DNA of 64,000 nt from Gammaproteobacteria bacterium (GTDB lineage: Bacteria; Pseudomonadota; Gammaproteobacteria; UWMA-0217): the NCBI GenBank assembly GCA_027081275.1, contig JALWKV010000025.1, forward strand, positions 2,141 to 66,140, read 5' to 3'. Of the stretch, positions 22,046 to 40,476 are shown piece by piece. Under the pieces are notes generated by a model. That model ran no database searches and was not told the origin of the DNA. It saw nothing but the letters and a program-made list of their open reading frames with translations. How positions within the stretch are numbered: the stretch's first letter is position 1; every line of letters starts with the position of its first letter. The position numbers were made by a program, and so were the translations under genes.

Positions 22046-22099
22046 CGTTGGCGAGGTTTCGTTGCGGGAGCGCTATGGTAACAGCTCGTTGCAGACCAG

Positions 22100-23779
22100 T
22101 CAGGCGGTGGGATCACCGACGGCTCCGAGCATCTCCTTGGCGTGGGCGCGTGACTGTTTCGTCAGGCGCGCGCCGCCGAGCATCCGCGCGATTTCCTCGA
22201 TGCGCTGTTGCTCGTCCAGCGGAACGAGCTGCGTGCGAGTGCTGTTGCCGGACTTGATCTTCTCCACCCGCAGGTGATGGTGCGCGCAGGCCGCGACCTG
22301 GGGCAGGTGAGTGACGCAGAACACCTGACAGCGCTCGCCGAGTCGGCGCAGCTGCCGGCCGACCACATCGGCCACGGCGCCGCCGATGCCGCTGTCCACC
22401 TCGTCGAAGATGAGTGTCGGCAGCTGCATCTTCTCCACCGCCGCGAGCTGGATCGCCAGGCTGATGCGCGACAGCTCCCCGCCCGAGGCGACGCCGGTCA
22501 ACGGCTTGAGCGGCTGACCGGGGTTGGCCGATACCATGAAGCGGATCGACTCGCGGCCGTGCGGGCTGCGCTCCTCGTCGGTGCGGGGCGTGATCTCGAC
22601 ACCGAAGCGACCGCCCTCCATGCCCAGCTCCTGCATCGAAGCGGTGATCTGTTTCTCCAGCGCGATCGCGGTCTTGCGGCGCGCCTCGCCGAGTCTGGCG
22701 GCGGCGCGGTCGTAGGCATCGGCGGCCGCCGCAAGCTCCTGTTCCAGCGCCGCCACCGACTGCTCGGGATCGGTCAGTTCGGCGATCTCGTCCGCCATTG
22801 CCGCCGCCAGCTCCGGCAGTGACTCGGGCAGCGTCTGGTGCTTGCGCGCCAGCGCTTGGGCGCGGTTGAAGCGGCTTTCCACCTCGGCCAGCGCCTGCGG
22901 ATCGGCCTCGAAACGGTCCGACAGCGCGCGTAGCGTCTGCGCCGCCTCCTCTACCTGTATCAGCGCGCTTTCGAGCAGCTCCGCCGGTTCGCCGAAATCG
23001 GCATCGATCTCGCGCGCCGCCTGCAGATCGCCGAGCACGTTGGTGATCATGGCGTGGACCGAGCCGTTGTCGGTCTCGTAGAGTAGGTCGTAGCCGCCGA
23101 GGGCGTACTGCTTGAGCTGGTCGGCGTGGCTGAGCCGCTGCAGCGTTTCCTCGATGATCTGGAACTCCCCCGGCTTGAGGTCGAGCTCCTGCAGTTCGTT
23201 GAGCTGGAACGACAGCAGGTCGAGCCGCGACTGGCGACCATGGGCCGCGCGCTGCATCTCGTCGAGCCGCTGCCGGATGGCGCGCCAGCGGTCGTAGGCG
23301 GTAGCCACTTCGGTCGTCAGCTCCGCCAGGTCGCCGTGGCTGTCGAGCAGCGCGCGCTGGTCGGCGGGGCGCAGCAGGCTCTGATGGGCGTGCTGACCGT
23401 GGATGTTGACGAGATGCTCGCCGAGCTGCCGCAGATTGCCGACGGTCGTGCTGCTGCCGTTGATGTAGCAGCGCGATCTGCCCTCGGCCGTGATGACGCG
23501 GCGCAACACGCATTCCTCGCCGGCGTCGAGGTCGTTCTGTTCCAGCCAGGCGAGCACCTCGGGGCTGGAGACGTCGAGCGTCGCGGAGATGTCGGCGCGA
23601 CGGGCGCCGTGACGCACCATCGCCGCCTCGGCGCGATCGCCGAGCACCAGCCCGATGGCGTCGAGCATGATCGACTTGCCGGCGCCGGTCTCTCCGGTGA
23701 TGGCGGTCATGCCGGCGGCCAGATCCAGTTCCAGCCGCTCGATGATGGCGAAGTCCCGAATGTCGATATGGGTCAGCAT
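22100..23779 (-). CDS. recN: DNA repair protein RecN
   Basis: 559 aa. Walker A GETGAGKS, long coiled coil, and C-terminal ASGGELSR / LIFDEVDSGIGG. Confidence 0.95.
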   Translation of the reverse strand: MLTHIDIRDFAIIERLELDLAAGMTAITGETGAGKSIMLDAIGLVLGDRAEAAMVRHGARRADISATLDVSSPEVLAWLEQNDLDAGEECVLRRVITAEGRSRCYINGSSTTVGNLRQLGEHLVNIHGQHAHQSLLRPADQRALLDSHGDLAELTTEVATAYDRWRAIRQRLDEMQRAAHGRQSRLDLLSFQLNELQELDLKPGEFQIIEETLQRLSHADQLKQYALGGYDLLYETDNGSVHAMITNVLGDLQAAREIDADFGEPAELLESALIQVEEAAQTLRALSDRFEADPQALAEVESRFNRAQALARKHQTLPESLPELAAAMADEIAELTDPEQSVAALEQELAAAADAYDRAAARLGEARRKTAIALEKQITASMQELGMEGGRFGVEITPRTDEERSPHGRESIRFMVSANPGQPLKPLTGVASGGELSRISLAIQLAAVEKMQLPTLIFDEVDSGIGGAVADVVGRQLRRLGERCQVFCVTHLPQVAACAHHHLRVEKIKSGNSTRTQLVPLDEQQRIEEIARMLGGARLTKQSRAHAKEMLGAVGDPTA

Positions 23780-23804
23780 GGTGTCGGTCGTCGGGCGCGC
23801 CGCG

Positions 23805-24677
23805 TCAGGGCTGCGCGCTCCAGTTCAGTTTCTGTCTCAGAATGGCGTAGTAGTCGTAGCTGCTGGGGTGGATCAGCTGCAGCGTGTTGACCGAGCGGTC
23901 GATCAGCAGCTCGTCGCCGGGCTGGATATTGATCATGTTCTGGCCGTCGAAGGCCACCCGCGCCGAGGAGTGGTTGTGCTGGTGCAGGCTGATGCTGATG
24001 TTGCTGTTGCCACCGACGACGATGGGGCGGCTGCTGAGCGTGTGCGGGCAGATCGGCACCATCGTCAGCGCGTTGATCTCGGGGTGGAGGATCGGGCCGC
24101 CGCCGGAAAGGGCGTAGGCCGTCGAGCCGGTCGGCGTGCTGATGACGATGCCGTCGGCGCGCTGCATGTTGACCAGGCGGTCGTCGATGCGGGTCTCGAA
24201 TTCGATCATGCGGATGGCGTCGCGCACGTGCAGCACCACATCGTTGAGCGCATGCTCGCTGACGAGGAATTCGCCGTCGCGGAGAATGCGGGCCCGCAGC
24301 ATGCAGCGGCGCTCGGTCTGGAATTCGCCATCGAGAATGGCGCCGAGCTGGTCGGGCAGTTCGTCGGGCGAGACGTCGACGAGAAAACCGAGACGACCGA
24401 TGTTGACGCCAAGCAGCGGCACGTTGGCGGCGGCCAGCGAACGGGCCGCGCCCAGCAGCGTGCCGTCGCCGCCGACGACGATGCAGAGGTCGCAGTGGCT
24501 GGCGATCTCCGCGCGGCTCACCAGCTGGTCGAGCGGATAGCCGGCGTGCTGCAGGGTCTCGTCGAGATAGAGCGTGACATCGGCCTTGCGCAGTTCGTCG
24601 AGCAGCGCCTCCAGCGTGCACTTGAGGCGCGGATCCTGCTGCTTGATGATGATCCCGATGTGGCGGAAGGCAGTCAT
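23805..24677 (-). CDS. nadK: NAD kinase
   Basis: GGDGTLLGAAR and STPTGSTAYALSGGGPI. The ATG at 24677 gives MTAFRHIGII. Confidence 0.9.
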   Translation of the reverse strand: MTAFRHIGIIIKQQDPRLKCTLEALLDELRKADVTLYLDETLQHAGYPLDQLVSRAEIASHCDLCIVVGGDGTLLGAARSLAAANVPLLGVNIGRLGFLVDVSPDELPDQLGAILDGEFQTERRCMLRARILRDGEFLVSEHALNDVVLHVRDAIRMIEFETRIDDRLVNMQRADGIVISTPTGSTAYALSGGGPILHPEINALTMVPICPHTLSSRPIVVGGNSNISISLHQHNHSSARVAFDGQNMINIQPGDELLIDRSVNTLQLIHPSSYDYYAILRQKLNWSAQP

Positions 24678-24862
24678 GGCCCGGAAGCTAGCATGCAACC
24701 CTTGCTGCCGCCAGTAGCGCATTGAAAACGGTGCTCTTCGACCCGATCTTCGCGCCTGGATTCCTGCTTTTTCGCAGAGAAATGTACAGTCGTTCAAGCT
24801 TTGCCCCACGAGCCGCGGGGGCTGGTTGTAATGAGGCAGAAATCAGGCTGTAATCTCACATC

Positions 24863-25891
24863 ATGCTTTCAGAACGGGAACAGATTCTCCTCAAGTCGCT
24901 GATCGAGACGCATATCGCCGATGGCCAGCCGGTGGGCTCGCGCACGCTGGCGAAGGTCTGCGGTCTCAAGGTCAGCGCCGCGACGATCCGCAATGCGATG
25001 GCGGATCTGGAGGAGATGGGGCTGCTGGTGTCGCCGCACACGTCTGCCGGGCGGGTGCCGACGGCGGCCGGCTATCGCGTGTTCGTCGATTCGATGCTGC
25101 AGACCCGACCGTTGACCGACAGCATCGTGCAGCGGCTCGAAGCGGAGCTCGATGCGGCGCCGGACTCGCATGCGCTGGTCGAATCGGCGTCGAACCTGCT
25201 TTCCAGCGTGACGCGGCTGGCCGGCATCGTCACCCTGCCGCGCAAGGATGCCGCCACGCTGGAACAGATCGAGTTCGTCAAGCTCGGGGAGAAGCGGGTG
25301 CTCGCGGTCATCGTGCTGAAGCACGGCGAGGTCGAGAATCGCGTGCTGACGCTGGATCGCGAATACAGTCGCGCGGAGCTGGAGAAAGCGGCCAACTATC
25401 TCACGGAACGCTATGCGGGAATGGACGTCATCCACGCCCGCGAGCGGCTGGTGAGCGAGCTGCGGCAGCTGCGCGAGGACATGAACTCGCTGATGGGGTC
25501 GGCCATCGAGCTGGGTGAGCAGGTGCTCAACCCGGGTGAAGAGGACGAAGGCGATTTCGTCATGGCCGGGCAGACCCGCCTCATGGAATACGACGAACTG
25601 TCGGACGTCGAACGGCTGCGGGCGCTGTTCGAGGTGTTCAACGCCAAGCGCGATATCCTCCATATCCTCGATCGCTGCACCTCCGCCGACGGCGTGCAGA
25701 TCTTCATCGGTCAGGAATCCGGCTATGACGTGTTCGATAACTGCAGCCTCGTTTCCGCCCCCTATACGGTCGATGGCAGGGTCGTCGGCGTGCTCGGCGT
25801 CATCGGCCCGACCCGCATGGCCTATGACAAGGTCGTGCCGATCGTCGATGTCACTTCCCGTCTGCTGAGCGCGGCCTTGAATTCACGCTAA
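24863..25891 (+). CDS. hrcA: heat-inducible transcriptional repressor HrcA
   Basis: 342 aa with MLSEREQILLKSLIETHIADGQPVGSRTLAK and a GVLGVIGPTRMAYDKV tail. Confidence 0.93.
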   Translation: MLSEREQILLKSLIETHIADGQPVGSRTLAKVCGLKVSAATIRNAMADLEEMGLLVSPHTSAGRVPTAAGYRVFVDSMLQTRPLTDSIVQRLEAELDAAPDSHALVESASNLLSSVTRLAGIVTLPRKDAATLEQIEFVKLGEKRVLAVIVLKHGEVENRVLTLDREYSRAELEKAANYLTERYAGMDVIHARERLVSELRQLREDMNSLMGSAIELGEQVLNPGEEDEGDFVMAGQTRLMEYDELSDVERLRALFEVFNAKRDILHILDRCTSADGVQIFIGQESGYDVFDNCSLVSAPYTVDGRVVGVLGVIGPTRMAYDKVVPIVDVTSRLLSAALNSR

Positions 25892-26015
25892 GCGCCACCA
25901 TTCTCCCTGAAGTTTTGGTCCGGCGACGATCGCCGGCAGGTCAATTTCGCGCAAATCCTGTATCCTCGCGGGCCAGGATTTGGCGTACCCCGATATGAAA
26001 CTATGGAGTTTTCTC

Positions 26016-26591
26016 ATGCGTGACAACGACAAGCTCGAGGACACCGTCGAGCAACCGGCGCCCGAGGGTGTCAGGGACGACGACCCGGATGCGACCCAGG
26101 AGGTCGTCGATCCGCAGGCCGAACTCGAGCGGCTGAAGGAGGAACTGGCCGAGGCGCAGAGCAAGGCGGACGAGTACTGGCAACGGGTGTTGCGCGCCCA
26201 GGCCGATCAGGACAATACCCGCAAGCGCGCCGAGCGCGACGTGCAGAACGCCCACAAGTATGCGCTGGAGAAGTTCGTCAACGACCTGTTGCCGGTGGTC
26301 GACAGCCTGGAGATGGGGCTGCTTGCGGCCGTCGAGGATGCCAGCGCGGAAAAGATCCGCGAGGGCACCGAGCTGACGCTGAAGATGCTGCTCGATGTGC
26401 TGAAGAAGTATGGCGTTGAGGCGGTCGATCCGGTCGGAGAGTCCTTCGATCCCGAGTTGCATCAGGCTATGTCGATGCAGCCCAGCAGCGATGTGCCTCC
26501 CAACACCGTCACGGCGGTGATGCAGAAGGGGTATACGCTGAACGATCGTCTGATTCGGCCGGCCATGGTCATGGTATCGAAGGAGGCTTGA
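26016..26591 (+). CDS. grpE: nucleotide exchange factor GrpE
   Basis: Acidic N-terminus, [16 protein letters not shown], and [25 protein letters not shown] sits 8 nt after GGAG. The ORF track starts at a TTG at 25980. Confidence 0.9.
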   Translation: MRDNDKLEDTVEQPAPEGVRDDDPDATQEVVDPQAELERLKEELAEAQSKADEYWQRVLRAQADQDNTRKRAERDVQNAHKYALEKFVNDLLPVVDSLEMGLLAAVEDASAEKIREGTELTLKMLLDVLKKYGVEAVDPVGESFDPELHQAMSMQPSSDVPPNTVTAVMQKGYTLNDRLIRPAMVMVSKEA

Positions 26592-26623
26592 AGAGAGGGG
26601 GTGAAAGAAATTTTTTCTTCGGG

Positions 26624-26651
26624 CTTGAACTGGACGGCCCCGCCCCCATAT
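26624..26651 (+). promoter_or_regulatory. sigma32-type heat-shock promoter upstream of dnaK
   Basis: CTTGAA (26624-26629), 14-nt spacer, CCCCATAT (26644-26651). Matches the CTTGAA-N13-14-CCCCATNT consensus. Confidence 0.6.
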
Positions 26652-26768
26652 CCCTGACTAACAAAACACGTGAGTATTCAGCTCAGACAAGAATGCGTCC
26701 CCGTAACCGCTCGGATTCCAGGGGTGAGCTGAGTAGTTACCAAAATACAAGAGCAACGGAGAGTATAG

Positions 26769-28703
<1,935 letters not shown>

Positions 28704-28718
28704 GTCGGCAGAAACAAG

Positions 28719-28753
28719 ACGGACCGGGCGGATTCCCCCGGGCCGTTTTTTTT
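28719..28753 (+). terminator. intrinsic terminator between dnaK and dnaJ
   Basis: ACGGACCGGG / CCCGGGCCGT stem with one mismatch, followed by T8. Confidence 0.6.
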
Positions 28754-28905
28754 CGTTATCGTCCGGGCTTGCGTAGAGTACGGCCCGGAATACGAGTCTT
28801 GGCATGATGTACCGGGCGGTCCCCAAGAAGGGGAGCGCCTTTTTGCATTATCGTGATCTCCCGCGGCAGCGAGACCGCGGCTGGACAGCAGGCAGTCGAG
28901 AACCC

Positions 28906-30857
<1,952 letters not shown>

Positions 30858-30985
30858 GTGCCTCCCGGAAAGCCATGTTGCCGGTGACGAAAATTTGTTG
30901 CCGCGTGATGGCGATCACGAACGGTATTAGGTAGAATCCGGCCGACAAACGGGTGGGACGCGATGCACGCCCGTCAACGCAAATT

Positions 30986-31011
30986 CAACGGGATGGACTG
31001 GTCCATCCCGT
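30986..31011 (+). promoter_or_regulatory. perfect 11-bp-stem hairpin in the carA leader (candidate attenuator or terminator)
   Basis: AACGGGATGGA-CTGG-TCCATCCCGTT followed by TGTGTATCT, 64 nt upstream of the carA start. Confidence 0.35.
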
Positions 31012-31074
31012 TTGTGTATCTGAATGCCGCTGTTCGGTTCGTCGGGCGGCCGCATCTGAATTCCGGAGGTTGGC

Positions 31075-32217
31075 TTGGAATCACCCGCATTGTTGGCGCT
31101 TGCCGACGGCAGCGTTTTTCATGGGCGCTCGATCGGCGCTTCCGGCGCGACCACTGGTGAGGTCGTTTTCAATACCGCCATGACGGGCTATCAGGAGATC
31201 CTCACCGATCCCTCCTATGCCCGCCAGATCGTCACCCTGACCCATCCCCATATCGGCAATGTCGGCGTCAATGCCGAAGACGAGGAGTCGGGCGCGATCC
31301 ACGCGGCCGGGCTGGTGATTCGCGACCTGCCGCTGCGCGTCAGCAACTGGCGCAGCGAGGAGAGCCTGTCCGACTATCTCAAGCGGCACGGCGTCGTTGC
31401 CATCGCCGATATCGACACGCGGCGGCTGACGCGGATTCTGCGCGAGAAGGGGGCGCAGAACGGCTGCCTCGTGGCGGGGGAGTTCGATGTCGACAAGGCG
31501 ATCGACATGGCGCGCGCCTTCCCCGGCTTGAAGGGGATGGATCTGGCGCGCGAGGTCAGCACCGCGCTGCCCTATGAGTGGGCGCAGGGTAGCTGGAGCC
31601 TGGCCCATGGCTTGCCCGAGGCGCCGCATCCGATCGACGAAAAACTGCCGTGGCATGTCGTTGCCTGGGACTTCGGCGTCAAGCGCAACATCCTCCGCAT
31701 GCTGGTCGATCGCGGCTGCCACATCACCGTGGTGCCGGCGCAGACCCCGGCCGCCGATGTGCTGGCGATGAATCCCGATGGCGTCTTTCTCTCCAATGGC
31801 CCCGGCGATCCCGAGCCCTGCGACTACGCCATTGCGGCGATCGGCGAGGTGCTCGAGCACGGCGTGCCGGTGTTCGGCATCTGTCTCGGTCACCAGCTGC
31901 TGGCGCTGGCCAGCGGCGCGCGCACGGTGAAGATGAAATTCGGCCACCACGGCGCCAACCACCCGGTACAGGATCTGGCGACGTCGAAGGTGATGATCAG
32001 CAGCCAGAACCACGGCTTCGCCGTCGACGAGGCGTCGCTGCCCGATACGCTCGAAGCGACGCATCGCTCGCTGTTCGACCAGTCGTTGCAGGGCATCCGC
32101 CGCACCGACTGTCCGGCCTTCAGCTTTCAGGGGCATCCGGAAGCGAGCCCCGGCCCCCATGACGTCAGCCCGCTGTTCGACGACTTCATTCGCATGATCG
32201 AGGCCTACCGGGCCTGA
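31075..32217 (+). CDS. carA: carbamoyl-phosphate synthase small (glutaminase) subunit
   Basis: 380 aa. TTG start 5 nt after [25 protein letters not shown] and GICLGHQLL. Confidence 0.95.
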   Translation: MESPALLALADGSVFHGRSIGASGATTGEVVFNTAMTGYQEILTDPSYARQIVTLTHPHIGNVGVNAEDEESGAIHAAGLVIRDLPLRVSNWRSEESLSDYLKRHGVVAIADIDTRRLTRILREKGAQNGCLVAGEFDVDKAIDMARAFPGLKGMDLAREVSTALPYEWAQGSWSLAHGLPEAPHPIDEKLPWHVVAWDFGVKRNILRMLVDRGCHITVVPAQTPAADVLAMNPDGVFLSNGPGDPEPCDYAIAAIGEVLEHGVPVFGICLGHQLLALASGARTVKMKFGHHGANHPVQDLATSKVMISSQNHGFAVDEASLPDTLEATHRSLFDQSLQGIRRTDCPAFSFQGHPEASPGPHDVSPLFDDFIRMIEAYRA

Positions 32218-32232
32218 TGCAGAGACCACGCC

Positions 32233-35453
<3,221 letters not shown>

Positions 35454-35457
<4 letters not shown>

Positions 35458-35930
35458 ACAAGGTACCACTGACGGTTCAGGGCGCGGAGAAACTCAAGGC
35501 CGAACTGCAACAGTTGAAACAGGTCGAGCGACCGCGAATCATCGCCGCCATCGCCGAGGCGCGCGAACACGGTGATCTGAAGGAGAATGCCGAATATCAC
35601 GCGGCGCGCGAGCAGCAGAGTTTCGTCGAGGGGCGAATCAAGGAGATCGAGGCCAAGCTGTCGCTGGCGCAGGTGATCGACGTCACCAAGATGGAGAACA
35701 ACGGCCGGGTGGTGTTCGGCGTGACGGTCGATCTGGTCAATGTCGAGGACGAGAGTGAGGTGACCTATCAGATCGTCGGCGAGGACGAGGCCGACATCGA
35801 GGCGGGCAAGATTTCGATCACATCGCCGATCGCGCGCGCGCTGATCGGCAAGGAGGAGGGCGATATTGCCGAGGTGCAGGCGCCGAGTGGTGTGATCGAA
35901 TACGAGATCGTCGAGGTCAAGTACATTTGA
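35454..35930 (+). CDS. greA: transcription elongation factor GreA
   Basis: 158 aa with [18 protein letters not shown] and [14 protein letters not shown]. Overlaps the carB stop. Confidence 0.96.
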
Positions 35931-36062
35931 CCGTTATGACCGCTCAGTTCACTCCTGAACTCCGCCATTTCTGCGTTCGAAAATGGTCATTTACCTTTGT
36001 AAACTCACATTTTCTGCCTTGAACTGCCGGATTTCAGAGGCAATCTGAGCAGTCACTGGTGG
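35931..36062. repeat. about 132-bp imperfect palindrome, family 2, copy E
   Basis: Starts on the base after the greA stop. Termini ATGACCGCTCAG... and the reverse complement GTGACTGCTCAG share the GT(A/G)AC(T/C)GCTCAG core with copy D. Confidence 0.5.
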
Positions 36063-36265
36063 AACTTGATGTGGGCTTCCGGGCGGGTGCGTTTCAGAAC
36101 CGAGGGCGGATCAAGGAGCGCAGCGACGGATCCGCCAGAACGAATCTGCCCAAGGCGGCAGCGTGTTATCGCGGCCAATGATGTTTCCGCTGCGGATCGG
36201 GGTGGGCAAAGCGTGGCGGGTTGGTGCGCCGACTCTGCTCCGGCGGCCGAAACGCCGACCGTCTC

Positions 36266-36562
36266 TCAGAGTTCGATGACCGGCTTTTTCTCGTTGCGGC
36301 GGAACAGCAGCGCGGTGAAGCCGATCTGTCCCACCATCGTCGCGGCGGTGCGGTCGCACAGTTCGCGCAGCATTTCGTTCCGCGATTCGCGGTCGTCGGC
36401 GCGGATCTTCACCTTGATCAGTTCATGTGCGTCCAGCGCCTCCTCGGTGGCGCTGATGACGGTATCCTTCAGTCCCTGGTCGGCGATCATCACGACCGGA
36501 CGCAGGGAATGACCCAGACCCTTGAGGTGTTTCTTCTGCCTGTTCGTCAGTGATTTCTTCAT
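36266..36562 (-). CDS. yhbY: ribosome assembly RNA-binding protein YhbY (CRM domain)
   Basis: MKKSLTNRQKKHLKGLGHSLRPVVMIADQGL...HELIKVKI is collinear with E. coli YhbY. An alternative ATG lies at 36571; the ORF is open to 36793. Confidence 0.85.
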   Translation of the reverse strand: MKKSLTNRQKKHLKGLGHSLRPVVMIADQGLKDTVISATEEALDAHELIKVKIRADDRESRNEMLRELCDRTAATMVGQIGFTALLFRRNEKKPVIEL

Positions 36563-36586
36563 TCGCCGCATTGTACGGGGTTTTTG

Positions 36587-36746
36587 TAGTCGTCGCCCTT
36601 GAATTTTTGGCGACTGCGGTCGCCCCTCGCACCCTTGGGTGTTGTTGCGGAAACTCGCCATAGCTATGGCTATGACTCGTTCCCGCGCCTGGCCCAAGGG
36701 CGCGAGGAACGATCTCGAAAAACCGAAAACCCATAGGCGACGAGTA
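36587..36746. repeat. about 160-bp imperfect palindrome, family 3, copy F
   Basis: Arms TAGTCGTCGCCCTTGAATTTTTGG...CCCCTCGCACCCTTGGG and the reverse complement TACTCGTCGCCTATGGGTTTTCGG...TCCTCGCGCCCTTGGG. Occupies 160 of the 186 nt between yhbY and rlmE. Confidence 0.5.
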
Positions 36747-36748
36747 GT

Positions 36749-37372
36749 ATGCCAAAGATAACGAAAAGCAGCCGCCGCTGGCTCGACGAGCATTTTGCCG
36801 ATGAGTTCGTGCAGCGCGCGCGCCAGGAGGGCTATCGTGGTCGCGCGGTATTCAAGCTCAAGGAACTGGACGAGCGCTACCGGCTGTTCCGGCAGGGCAT
36901 GACGGTGGTCGATCTCGGCGCGGCGCCGGGCAGCTGGAGCGAGTATCTGTCACGGCGCTTCGACGGCGCGGTCAGGGTGATTGCCAGCGATATCCTGCCG
37001 ATGGATTCGCTGCCCGATGTCACCTTCATTCAGGGCGACTTCACCGAGGAGGTCGTGCTGACGCGGATACTCGAAACCCTCGGCGACAGTAGGGCAGACT
37101 TTGTAATCTCCGACATGGCCCCCAATATGAGTGGTAACGCTGCAGTGGATCTGCCGCGCGCAATGTACCTGGCCGAACTGGCGCTGGATCTGGCCGAACG
37201 GGTATTGACCCCGCAGGGTGGCTTTCTCGTCAAGCTGTTTCAGGGAGAGGGATTCGACGACTACTGTGCCGGGCTGAGGCGCAAGTTCGCCTCGGTTACC
37301 GTCAAAAAGCCCCGTGCTTCACGTCCGCGCAGTCGCGAGGTCTATGCATTGGCCCGTGGATTCAAACTGTAG
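36749..37372 (+). CDS. rlmE: 23S rRNA (uridine2552-2'-O)-methyltransferase
   Basis: 207 aa with [24 protein letters not shown] and [10 protein letters not shown]. Confidence 0.93.
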   Translation: MPKITKSSRRWLDEHFADEFVQRARQEGYRGRAVFKLKELDERYRLFRQGMTVVDLGAAPGSWSEYLSRRFDGAVRVIASDILPMDSLPDVTFIQGDFTEEVVLTRILETLGDSRADFVISDMAPNMSGNAAVDLPRAMYLAELALDLAERVLTPQGGFLVKLFQGEGFDDYCAGLRRKFASVTVKKPRASRPRSREVYALARGFKL

Positions 37373-37497
37373 TATCGTTGGACGCAATATGCCAGCCGTT
37401 TTGACGGGGTTTTCGCCGCGCCGGAGCATCGCTGCGACGGTGCCTGGAAGGGTGTCGCGCATGCTGCTTGAAATATGGCCAGATTGAGGATTCGGCT

Positions 37498-39441
<1,944 letters not shown>

Positions 39442-39477
39442 TCCCCCAAGTCAGAGGTCATCTTTGAAAACAGTGAA

Positions 39478-39503
39478 GGGGCTCCGGCAGGAGCCCCTTT
39501 TTT
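39478..39503 (+). terminator. strong intrinsic terminator after ftsH
   Basis: GGGGCTCC-GGCA-GGAGCCCC followed by T6. Confidence 0.8.
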
Positions 39504-39657
39504 CTATTCAAGGCTATGCCGTGAGGCACCGTCCATATTCGTTCGCGCGGTGTGCCCCGGGGCTTGTACCGGGAGCCGGGCCCGGCAGTTACCTTTTCGC
39601 CTTCCTGTGCTAGGTTCTAGTGTATCGCGCTTTTTCTTGGCAACCCCTGGAAAGTGG

Positions 39658-40476
39658 ATGAAACCGATCGACCTTCGCGGCCCGCTCGTCATGGGCATAC
39701 TCAATGTCACACCCGATTCGTTCTCCGATGGGGGTCGCTTTGTCGGGCGGGATGCCGCGCGGGCACAGGCCGAACGGATGCTGGCGGAAGGCGCCGCGAT
39801 CATCGATGTCGGGGGCGAGTCGACGCGGCCGGGTGCCGATACCGTCCCGATCGAGGTGGAGATGGAACGGGTGATTCCGGTCGTCGAGATGCTGGTTGGC
39901 GAGTTCGATGCCGTGGTCTCGGTGGATACGAGCAAACCCGAGGTGATGCGCTCGGCGCTCGGCGCGGGCGCTTCGATGATCAATGACGTGCAGGCGTTGC
40001 GACAGCCCGGCGCGCTGGAGGCCATGGCGGGAGCGGATGTTCCGGTCTGCCTGATGCACATGCAGGGTTTGCCGCGAACAATGCAGACTGATCCACAGTA
40101 CGACGATGTGGTTGTGGATATCATCCGGTTTCTGAAGTCCCGCATCGAAGCCTGCGTGGCGGCCGGGATTTCGCGCGAGCGCATTGTGGTCGACCCCGGT
40201 TTCGGGTTCGGCAAGACGCTGGCGCACAACTATGAACTGCTTGCCCGCCTCGAGGAATTTGGCGAACTGGAGTGTCCCGTGCTGGCGGGCATGTCGAGGA
40301 AATCGATGATCGGCAATCTGCTCGATCTGCCGGTTGCCGAGCGGGTGACGGCCAGCGCGATCCTGGCGGCCTTGGCGTTGGAACGCGGTGTGAACATTCT
40401 GCGCGTCCACGATGTCAAAGAGACGGTCCAGGCCGTCAGGCTGGTCGAAGAGTTGCGAAAGACGAGGAAAACATGA
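39658..40476 (+). CDS. folP: dihydropteroate synthase
   Basis: [14 protein letters not shown] and [15 protein letters not shown]. The ATG at 39658 gives [12 protein letters not shown]. Confidence 0.92.
   Translation: MKPIDLRGPLVMGILNVTPDSFSDGGRFVGRDAARAQAERMLAEGAAIIDVGGESTRPGADTVPIEVEMERVIPVVEMLVGEFDAVVSVDTSKPEVMRSALGAGASMINDVQALRQPGALEAMAGADVPVCLMHMQGLPRTMQTDPQYDDVVVDIIRFLKSRIEACVAAGISRERIVVDPGFGFGKTLAHNYELLARLEEFGELECPVLAGMSRKSMIGNLLDLPVAERVTASAILAALALERGVNILRVHDVKETVQAVRLVEELRKTRKT

Noticed and set aside
24678-24862. CIRCE operator or sigma32 promoter upstream of hrcA.
   Set aside because: I found no TTAGCACTC/GAGTGCTAA half-sites and no CTTGAA-N13-14-CCCCAT arrangement on the hrcA strand by eye.
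36596-36630. sigma32 promoter for rlmE-ftsH (CCCTTGAA ... CCCCTCGC).
   Set aside because: The spacing between CTTGAA and the CCCC box is 19 nt against the usual 13-14, and the -10 box lacks the CCCCAT core. It is kept only as a remark inside the palindrome F finding.
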